Part shown: positions 24,828 to 31,694 of the stretch, one piece after another
Numbering within the stretch: position 1 is the stretch's first letter
Layout of the letters: each line of letters starts with the position of its first letter
Source of the DNA: a virus
Taxonomy: Duplodnaviria > Heunggongvirae > Uroviricota > Caudoviricetes > Peduoviridae
IMG/VR virus record: IMGVR_UViG_3300045988_104496
Coordinates: 1-31,694 of that record
Length of the DNA stretch: 31,694 nucleotides
Reading direction: 5' to 3' (one strand)
Program-made: the position numbers and the translations under genes
Notes under the pieces: model-generated
Databases searched by the model: none
Told to the model about the DNA's origin: nothing
What the model saw: the letters and a program-made list of their open reading frames with translations, nothing else

Positions 24828-27158
24828 TTATATAAAAAATGACACTTCATCTTGAAATCCGAACCACTCATCAGCGACCGGATACGTGAATTTTTTCCCG
24901 TCATAATTTACGGTCGCGCCACGCGCCAGCGCCTCAAGCTCCCATCGCTGCGGCCTGATACCGTTCTGAGCAAGGTCAACGCGGATACGGGTAATTTGCA
25001 TTCGTTCCGACCGGGCCAGTCTGGCCGATGGTGCAATTTCATGTGGTTTTAACGGGCTTCCGTTTCTTTGCTGACGATTTGGCGTTCTCCGACCGTGTTT
25101 TAATGCACCTCTGAGCGCCCTCACGACCTCCGGGTCACTCCATTCGATAACACCGTCATCAACCAGATTAAGCACTGCTGCGGCGTGCTCAGAAGGTGTG
25201 GGAACCGGTAACGAAGTATCACCACCGGTGAGTTTTCCACAGTTATTGACAGGACTCCGAGGCGCGGCGATGCCGCTTTTTAAAGTCAAAGGCTCAACGA
25301 CCGGAACTTTCGGCACAATGCGCCAGTCCGTCGTTCTGGTGATATGAATATGACGCGCGCCGAGATGCGGCGCGTAAATGCCGACCACTCTCTCGACTTC
25401 TTCCTCGTACTCGTTAACGTCATCCGACGGGATACGGGCGACTCTGACAGTCTGACAATCGCGCGGGACATTTGCCCCACCCTGCGCGCTGATATACAAC
25501 GCAAAATCACCACTGTCTGCGGCGGCGCGTGCAGCCTCGACGCGCTCGTCAAACTCATCAGCAATGCTGACGCCGCGCGGCAATTTGCGTAGTTCACGGT
25601 AAGCCCCCATTGTCGGCAGGCCAACCGTTTTAAATTGCGGGATGCGCCACGTTGACGCCCATGCGCTAACAGCCGCTGCAGTGTCTTTCAGCGGCCTGCC
25701 GGTGTCGTTATCGAGCTGACCATCCAGTGCATAGCCGTCGATGTTTTTTGAAATGTATTTCGCGATATATCCCGCAGCACCGCCCCGGTTAAGATGTTTT
25801 GCCTGAAAACGGTTTCGCGCGGCTCCTCTTTCGTCGCCATCCTCTTTGAGCGCATAGCGACGCATGATTTCGATAATCTGGTTACGCTGGCGCGGATTAC
25901 AAAAAAGCATCATATGCCAGTGCGGCGTTCCGTCGTGGTGTGGCTCGACGACACGCAAACCGTAGACCTGTAAATCATTATCCTTGAATGCCGTGCGCAT
26001 CAGGCTCCAGATACGGCAGAGATAACGCTGCGCATCCTTTGGATTAAATGCCTCATCGTTCCAGCCGTGATTTAGCTGGACGGTTTTACTTTCGCCTTTT
26101 CTGACCTGACGTGTCGGGTGATACTTTGACGGCGCGGTCAGCGTGATAAACATCCCCACATCACCCTCTGCTGCGGCGTAACGCTCAATACCGGCAATGG
26201 TGTTCATCAGCTCCATCCGGCGAATTTCAGGATTAGAAATACTGCCCATCACCTTACTGATAAGGTCGATGCGCTCGCCGGTTTCCCTGTTTTCGAGATC
26301 ACACGATTTAAGAAATTCCAGATTTGCCTGGCGGCGTGCACGCACATCACGAATGGCATGTTTACTGGCATAAGGAGAACGGTCTTTATTGACCTCCCCG
26401 ACAGCAATCAGTAACGCCTCATGCCAGCGCATACGCTGGCCTTTAAGCTGATGGGTCCACCACTCATCGTTAAACAGACGGACAATGGCAGAATATGCCT
26501 GCCTCGTGGTCATCTGCCCTTTACGGTATTTTTTCCAGTAGAGAGGGGAAATATTGAAAGCACGTGCAGCACCAGCAACATGACCATAGAGGTGAGCCTG
26601 CGCCTCATCCGTAAACAGCGATTCTTTTTCGCCATGCGCATCCACCCAGGCATCGCAGAGTTCCTCATACATCATGAAAAGCTGCGATGAGATACGGGCG
26701 GCAAACTTTTTCAGCTCCTTGTCATTCATCCCCGGCAGACGCGCATAATGGTCACGCTCTGCCAGAAACAGCAACGACGCGTCGGTGTTCATTTCATGGC
26801 GCTGATTCACACGCTCAATGCGCGGCCATAAACGACGCTGAAAAGTGGATGTGAGAAAATAAAACCCGTGCACCGGGCTTTTATTGCGCCGGATGTAGTC
26901 ATAGCGTGAAGTAAACAGCGAGCGCAAAAAGTAAGGCAGGCGGTTAATCGTGGATAAAACACCTTGCACCTGACGCATCTCGTCACGTGTAAGGGGTCTT
27001 TCGCGCCCGACAGCCTCGCGTGGCGCGTTCCATGCATAAGCACCGGTAAACGCCTTACCGGTGCCTGCGGCAAATGCTGACGGAGGGACAAAACGCCCGG
27101 AGGCTTTAACGGCCATATGAGCCAAAAGCCTCTGAACAACGCTTGCTGAGTTGCTCAA
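24828..27158 (-). CDS. A: Rolling-circle replication initiator (P2 gpA-like)
   Basis: 776-aa ORF with the HUH metal-binding motif (VEPHHDGTPHWHMMLF) and paired active-site tyrosines (YIAKYISK). The true start may be the Met at 27116, giving about 762 aa close to the P2 A size. Confidence 0.9.
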   Translation of the reverse strand: MSNSASVVQRLLAHMAVKASGRFVPPSAFAAGTGKAFTGAYAWNAPREAVGRERPLTRDEMRQVQGVLSTINRLPYFLRSLFTSRYDYIRRNKSPVHGFYFLTSTFQRRLWPRIERVNQRHEMNTDASLLFLAERDHYARLPGMNDKELKKFAARISSQLFMMYEELCDAWVDAHGEKESLFTDEAQAHLYGHVAGAARAFNISPLYWKKYRKGQMTTRQAYSAIVRLFNDEWWTHQLKGQRMRWHEALLIAVGEVNKDRSPYASKHAIRDVRARRQANLEFLKSCDLENRETGERIDLISKVMGSISNPEIRRMELMNTIAGIERYAAAEGDVGMFITLTAPSKYHPTRQVRKGESKTVQLNHGWNDEAFNPKDAQRYLCRIWSLMRTAFKDNDLQVYGLRVVEPHHDGTPHWHMMLFCNPRQRNQIIEIMRRYALKEDGDERGAARNRFQAKHLNRGGAAGYIAKYISKNIDGYALDGQLDNDTGRPLKDTAAAVSAWASTWRIPQFKTVGLPTMGAYRELRKLPRGVSIADEFDERVEAARAAADSGDFALYISAQGGANVPRDCQTVRVARIPSDDVNEYEEEVERVVGIYAPHLGARHIHITRTTDWRIVPKVPVVEPLTLKSGIAAPRSPVNNCGKLTGGDTSLPVPTPSEHAAAVLNLVDDGVIEWSDPEVVRALRGALKHGRRTPNRQQRNGSPLKPHEIAPSARLARSERMQITRIRVDLAQNGIRPQRWELEALARGATVNYDGKKFTYPVADEWFGFQDEVSFFI

Positions 27159-27381
27159 CCTGCACGTTTAAATCAGCAAAAGACTTTGCGCTTCCGGTCA
27201 GAATATCGTGATGCATCAGGCCTGAAACGAGCTGGCTTAATTTCGGGTAATAACCAACCACCGCCAGCCATTCCTGACCGGCGTTTTTACCGCTTTCCGC
27301 TCTCTTTTTCTCGTGGAGAATAAACTGAAAGCTGTCACTGGTAACGACATAACGTTCGCCAATTTCAATACGAATACTCAT
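27106..27381 (-). CDS. Small early-region protein (P2 orf83 position)
   Basis: 91-aa ORF between the zinc-finger ORF and A; position-based call. Confidence 0.5.
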   Translation of the reverse strand: MSIRIEIGERYVVTSDSFQFILHEKKRAESGKNAGQEWLAVVGYYPKLSQLVSGLMHHDILTGSAKSFADLNVQVEQLSKRCSEAFGSYGR

Positions 27382-27602
27382 GCCGTTCTCCGGTAATGTT
27401 TGTTTTTTGCTTCAAAGACTGACTGACAGGAAACACAACGCGTGGCTGACGGGTAAGCCGCACGACGGGCAGCAGGTATTGGCGCGTCACACTCTTCGCA
27501 AACCAGCGCAGAAGCACCGCAATGTTTTACCCTTGCCGCGTTAATCTGGCGCTCCAGTAATTCAGCCTGTTGTTCCTGAATAAAATCTACGTTGTCCGGC
27601 AT
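27378..27602 (-). CDS. DksA/TraR-type C4 zinc-finger protein (P2 orf82 position)
   Basis: 74-aa ORF with CxxC-N17-CxxC (CEECDAPIPAARRAAYPSATRCVSC). Confidence 0.65.
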   Translation of the reverse strand: MPDNVDFIQEQQAELLERQINAARVKHCGASALVCEECDAPIPAARRAAYPSATRCVSCQSVFEAKNKHYRRTA

Positions 27603-27907
27603 TACCAGTTCCTTTTGTCGTTAAGGTTTTTAAATTCATCAGCGCAATAGCTGGCGATTTCTGTCGTTAATTTCGTCAGTTCATCCACGGAGGAGATTTG
27701 CTTGTGAAACACAGCGCGTTTAACAAGTAAATTGACCACATCAGACAGGAGGTTTAATTCGTTCTGATAAATCGCGATAACAGACTCAGTTATTTCGCGT
27801 TTTTCTTTATCAAGACCAAGTTGAATAAGAGACAAATCGCCATTTTTCATAACGGCGATTTTTAAGGCGTTATTCAGTAATACAACTGAACGAGAACAGA
27901 ACATCAA
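27602..27907 (-). CDS. Small early-region protein (P2 orf81 position)
   Basis: 101-aa ORF; an internal Met would give about 82 aa. Position-based call. Confidence 0.45.
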
Positions 27908-28161
27908 AGCACCTCCCCGCGAGACAATCCGATATTGTGAAATTTTTCCGACTCCTGACTGAGCAGCTCGACTATCTCCACGCGGGATAACTCCGCCTTT
28001 GTGATGTGGCGAATCATGGCATCAAGATGAGAAGAAAAGCGCGTCGCAGCGTCGGCCTGTGCTTCGGTTCTGGCCTGTTGCAGCAGTAATGCGTATATAC
28101 CGCACTGATTTTCAGAAACTGTATGCATAACTTTCTCCAGGCAAAAAGAAGCCCCGCACAA
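27904..28161 (-). CDS. Small early-region protein (P2 orf80 position)
   Basis: 85-aa ORF; position-based call. Confidence 0.45.
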
Positions 28162-28191
28162 TTAAGTGCGTTAAAAACTCTGGTTAATTAC

Positions 28192-28692
28192 TTAATGCAG
28201 ATATTGCTCCGGTTTTACCGACGTCAGAATTATCGGTGCATACTCAAACAGACTGAATAATTCACGTAATGCACGGAATAAAGCATCACGCCAGTAACAT
28301 GACTCTTCATTAATTCGCCAGTATGGCTGGTTGAATTCTTTTTCAGTCAATCCGGCATGCATAAATAAAGTACGACGCTGACTGACTGTTAAAAAACTAA
28401 TATATGCATACTCACTTGCGCCAACCTGACGGCGTTTTGAGAATGCACCACGCAATTCATCAATTGCACATACCAGTCGTTCACGTTCGACGTCGTTCAT
28501 TTCTTCAAAACACATCGTTGCGTGACGCTGTTTTAACTGAGCATGGAAGCAAACCGTTAACCGTTCGCGCTCCATCATCTGATTATAATAATCACATGTA
28601 TCCTGCCAGCGAGGAACGGCAAGATGCTTACCAATTATCCGGCGCATAGCTGCTGGCTGTTTTTCAACGAGATTGAGCGTCATCACTGTCAT
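28192..28692 (-). CDS. B: Replication protein gpB
   Basis: Start at the Met of MTVMTLNL... gives 166 aa, P2 B size; lies between cox/orf78 and the small ORFs before A. Confidence 0.8.
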   Translation of the reverse strand: MTVMTLNLVEKQPAAMRRIIGKHLAVPRWQDTCDYYNQMMERERLTVCFHAQLKQRHATMCFEEMNDVERERLVCAIDELRGAFSKRRQVGASEYAYISFLTVSQRRTLFMHAGLTEKEFNQPYWRINEESCYWRDALFRALRELFSLFEYAPIILTSVKPEQYLH

Positions 28693-28883
28693 TTCCATAC
28701 CCTCCGGCTTTTCAGAAAGGTCAGAGCCTTTTTTAACGGACTCTGTTTTTTGGTGCGGATAATGATTCCCTTACGCCCCTTACCGTGGGTGATGGTGAAG
28801 TCAATCGCCCTGGGGCTTTCGTTACGCAGTAACTGAGCAATACAACGAGGCTCATTCATACGGTTCTCCTTAACGTGGTTCAC
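28689..28883 (-). CDS. Small protein (P2 orf78 position)
   Basis: 64-aa ORF; the internal start MNEPRC... gives 56 aa. Overlaps the B start and the cox stop. Confidence 0.45.
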   Translation of the reverse strand: MNHVKENRMNEPRCIAQLLRNESPRAIDFTITHGKGRKGIIIRTKKQSPLKKALTFLKSRRVWK

Positions 28884-29145
28884 CGAGACCTAACCACATC
28901 AACCAGCCGTCACGAATCTCTTTAGGGCGGCTTTCATAAGCCAGTTTTAGTCCGTTATTCCATGCCGGAAGGTATACCCAATATTCACCTGCACGACCTG
29001 AAGCTGATTGTGGATCGGTCATATCAATTACAGGCAGCTTTCCTTTATCGATCATCCGACGAACCGCTCCTGTCGATTTTCCTATTAGTTTTGCGAACTC
29101 CTGATAAGGAATCGCATCAGTCATGAGTGTTACTTGCTTGCTCAT
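28870..29145 (-). CDS. cox: Cox (excisionase / repressor of Pc)
   Basis: 91-aa ORF, P2 Cox size, first gene of the early operon and divergent from C. Confidence 0.85.
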   Translation of the reverse strand: MSKQVTLMTDAIPYQEFAKLIGKSTGAVRRMIDKGKLPVIDMTDPQSASGRAGEYWVYLPAWNNGLKLAYESRPKEIRDGWLMWLGLGEPR

Positions 29146-29259
29146 GTCGTCCTCTAGCCCTCATGAATTGCGTTTAATGTCTTATAATGCCTTTTAGTGC
29201 CCACATCCAAGCACTAAACAATCTACATCTAAACTAAATACTATTGAGATCTAAACACC
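29146..29259. promoter_or_regulatory. Pe/Pc immunity switch region with candidate C-repressor operator
   Basis: The 8-bp direct repeat ATCTAAAC occurs at 29227..29234 and 29249..29256 (22 bp apart), with an inverted repeat TAGTGC/GCACTA at 29194..29216 and a TATAAT hexamer at 29183..29188. Lies between divergent cox and C. Confidence 0.5.
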
Positions 29260-29559
29260 ATGTCAAACACGATAAGCGAGAAGATAGTCTTAATGCGAAA
29301 ATCAGAGTATTTGAGCAGACAACAACTTGCTGATTTAACAGGGGTTCCGTATGGCACGCTGAGTTACTATGAAAGTGGTCGTTCAACACCTCCAACAGAT
29401 GTCATGATGAACATCCTGCAGACCCCACAATTCACCAAATACACTTTATGGTTCATGACCAATCAGATCGCTCCTGAGTCCGGGCAAATTGCGCCCGCTC
29501 TCGCACACTTTGGGCAAAACGAAACAACGTCGCCCCACTCCGGTCAAAAGACTGGTTAA
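29260..29559 (+). CDS. C: Immunity repressor C
   Basis: 99-aa ORF MSNTISEKIVLMRKSEYLSRQQLADLTGVPYGTLSYYESGRSTP... with an HTH; P2 C size and position. Confidence 0.9.
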   Translation: MSNTISEKIVLMRKSEYLSRQQLADLTGVPYGTLSYYESGRSTPPTDVMMNILQTPQFTKYTLWFMTNQIAPESGQIAPALAHFGQNETTSPHSGQKTG

Positions 29560-29674
29560 CAATTCATCGTGAATATATTCATCACAAGTGCCTACTATTG
29601 GTGGCTAAATTTCAGCCACCACGAAAAAAGCGATTAGTAGTCGCAAAAAAACACACCACTCGGAGGGTTTTCTG

Positions 29675-30688
29675 ATGGCAATCAAAAAACTCGATGATGG
29701 TCGATATGAAGTGGACATCCGCCCTACTGGACGTAATGGAAAACGCATCCGTAGGAAGTTTGATAAGAAAAGCGAAGCTGTCGCTTTCGAGAAATACACG
29801 TTGTACAACCACCACAATAAAGAATGGCTATCAAAACCAACAGACAAGCGACGTCTGTCGGAGCTGACACAGATCTGGTGGGATTTAAAGGGTAAACACG
29901 AAGAGCATGGGAAATCTAATCTTGGAAAAATTGAAATCTTCACAAAAATAACGAATGACCCATGCGCATTTCAAATTACGAAATCGCTTATCAGCCAGTA
30001 CTGCGCCACCCGAAGAAGTCAGGGTATTAAACCTTCGAGTATCAATCGTGATTTAACATGTATTAGCGGCATGTTTACAGCCCTGATTGAAGCGGAGTTA
30101 TTCTTTGGTGAGCACCCTATCAGAGGGACAAAAAGGCTTAAGGAGGAAAAACCAGACACAGGCTATCTCACGCAGGAAGAAATTGCCTTACTGCTTGCTG
30201 CTCTTGACGGCGACAACAAAAAGATTGCGATTCTTTGCCTGAGTACTGGAGCACGTTGGGGAGAAGCAGCTCGTTTGAAAGCAGAAAATATCATCCATAA
30301 CCGCGTCACGTTTGTTAAAACGAAAACAAACAAACCACGCACCGTCCCGATCTCAGAGGCTGTTGCCAAAATGATCGCGGATAACAAACGAGGTTTTTTA
30401 TTCCCTGATGCTGATTACCCTCGCTTCAGACGAACAATGAAAGCAATAAAACCGGATTTGCCAATGGGGCAAGCCACACATGCACTAAGGCACAGCTTTG
30501 CCACTCATTTCATGATTAATGGAGGAAGTATTATCACGCTACAACGGATACTAGGTCACACGCGGATTGAGCAAACTATGGTTTACGCTCATTTTGCGCC
30601 AGAGTACCTTCAGGACGCCATTTCTCTTAATCCGCTAAGAGGTGGTACTGAGGCCGAGAGTGTCCACACAGTGTCCACAGTAGAGTAA
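29675..30688 (+). CDS. int: Tyrosine integrase
   Basis: 337-aa ORF, P2 Int size, with a tyrosine-recombinase C-terminus (HALRHSF...HTRIEQTMVYAH). GGAGG-type SD upstream; att core 80 bp downstream. Confidence 0.95.
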   Translation: MAIKKLDDGRYEVDIRPTGRNGKRIRRKFDKKSEAVAFEKYTLYNHHNKEWLSKPTDKRRLSELTQIWWDLKGKHEEHGKSNLGKIEIFTKITNDPCAFQITKSLISQYCATRRSQGIKPSSINRDLTCISGMFTALIEAELFFGEHPIRGTKRLKEEKPDTGYLTQEEIALLLAALDGDNKKIAILCLSTGARWGEAARLKAENIIHNRVTFVKTKTNKPRTVPISEAVAKMIADNKRGFLFPDADYPRFRRTMKAIKPDLPMGQATHALRHSFATHFMINGGSIITLQRILGHTRIEQTMVYAHFAPEYLQDAISLNPLRGGTEAESVHTVSTVE

Positions 30689-30767
30689 CGTTTAAGGGCT
30701 TTCAGTGGTAATTTATGCCGCTCAAACCCGCATTGTACCGTTGAAAGCCCCTACTGGTGACACCCTA

Positions 30768-30794
30768 AATCTCCCTTACACGGGCTTATTTTTT
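30768..30794 (-). other. att: att core (27 bp, P2-type)
   Basis: Plus strand aatctcccttacacgggcttatttttt is the reverse complement of the P2 core AAAAAATAAGCCCGTGTAAGGGAGATT as I remember it. Confidence 0.7.
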
Positions 30795-30951
30795 ATGCAT
30801 AAGCCGTATCCTGGTCACCGTCTTCCATTGACCACATCGATAGAATCCCCCTTCATAACACGATGCCTTTCACGTAACGGCATCGTGCTCGTACAGATTC
30901 CGGCTACGCACAACCAGAACGCGCATGTTTGACGCTTACCAAAAAATATTC

Positions 30952-31269
30952 TCACTCTCCACATTTGAATGTCAGACGAGCGACGCCATGTAATCCTGCA
31001 CCTTCTGTCTTCAGGTCAACTATCTGCATTTTTTTGCCCTGAGTAACACAGAAATGAGCTGCATCATTTTTTACTATATTTTCTGCACCAGAAATTCTGC
31101 CCCTGGCTAAAGAAGCTTCGGCTTCGGTGTAGTATTGGTTATCGAGTTTACGCTGAATATTACTTTTATATGCAAGACCAAATTTACCGATACTTGTCTC
31201 ATCATTATGTACAGCACACCCAGACATAAGAAAAACACTAATTAATGATATAGCAGCTATCTTTTTCAT
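30952..31269 (-). CDS. Small lipoprotein of unknown function outside the att core
   Basis: Start MKKIAAISLISVFLMSGC gives a signal peptide with lipobox LMSG|C and about 105 aa; the six-frame ORF extends to 31329. Lower GC than the phage core. Confidence 0.55.
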   Translation of the reverse strand: MKKIAAISLISVFLMSGCAVHNDETSIGKFGLAYKSNIQRKLDNQYYTEAEASLARGRISGAENIVKNDAAHFCVTQGKKMQIVDLKTEGAGLHGVARLTFKCGE

Positions 31270-31584
31270 CTTACCTTCCCCCATTAAATACCAACGACAC
31301 GCTCTGGTGTTAAAATATAATAATGGCATGATTATTATAATTGAATAGGATTATAATAAATGTTCTGTACAACATTTCCTACATAAGTAGGAATTACATA
31401 CACGGAGGCCCTTCCGGGTAACCCCATGGGGGGGTTAATATATTTTTAATAGTATATTGAAGATGCCACTGTTTAGTTGAATATTAGGTATATGCTCTTT
31501 TTTGAAATTTACCTATGGCTACCGTTAACATTCACTGTCCCCATTGCAAGCTCCTGGTGGTAACCACTGAATCCTCTATACTTG

Positions 31585-31694
31585 GGTAATGACTCCAACT
31601 TATTGATAGTGTTTTATGTTCAGATAATGCCCGATGACTTTGTCATGCAGCTCCACCGATTTTGAGAACGACAGTGACTTCCGTCCCAGCCTTG
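31585..31694 (-). mobile_element. IS1 terminal inverted repeat and adjacent end (partial; continues past the window edge)
   Basis: ggtaatgactccaacttattgatagtgttttatgttcagataatgcccgatgactttgtcatgcagctccaccgattttgagaacgacag matches the IS1 right end as I remember it, with a few point differences typical of IS1 isoforms. Confidence 0.85.

Noticed and set aside
30689-31584. ogr (late gene activator) expected beyond att in the P2 circular map
   Set aside because: No roughly 70-aa C4 zinc-finger ORF is present; the only gene is a lipoprotein, so this is flanking non-phage DNA and not ogr.
1-31694. CRISPR array or cas genes
   Set aside because: No regularly spaced direct repeats with unique spacers were seen anywhere in the window.

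Overview
This window is a P2-like (Peduovirus) prophage of an enterobacterium, almost certainly E. coli, read from inside the tail operon to the integrase/att end, with an IS1 end at the right edge. All calls are from reading the sequence and from remembered P2 gene order and protein sizes; no searches were run. Minus strand, left to right: a truncated U-like start, T, E (with the E+E' frameshift site), FII, FI, a low-GC accessory gene at the P2 Z/fun position, G, H, I, J, W, V, S, R, lysC/lysB/lysA, K, Y, X, L, M, N, O. Then P and Q on the plus strand, a terminator, and the P2 cos sequence. After cos comes a low-GC cargo island of about 3.6 kb where P2 carries old/tin, followed by A, four small ORFs, B, cox (minus), C and int (plus), the 27-bp P2 att core, a small lipoprotein gene and a partial IS1. 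The most interesting content is the cargo island: a retron-type reverse transcriptase with an upstream HTH protein, a GC-rich structured leader/candidate ncRNA and a small ORF, convergent with a 454-aa FRG-domain protein. The single-pass membrane protein at the Z/fun position is a second candidate anti-phage gene. The element looks defective at its left end (U cut short, ogr/D not seen).
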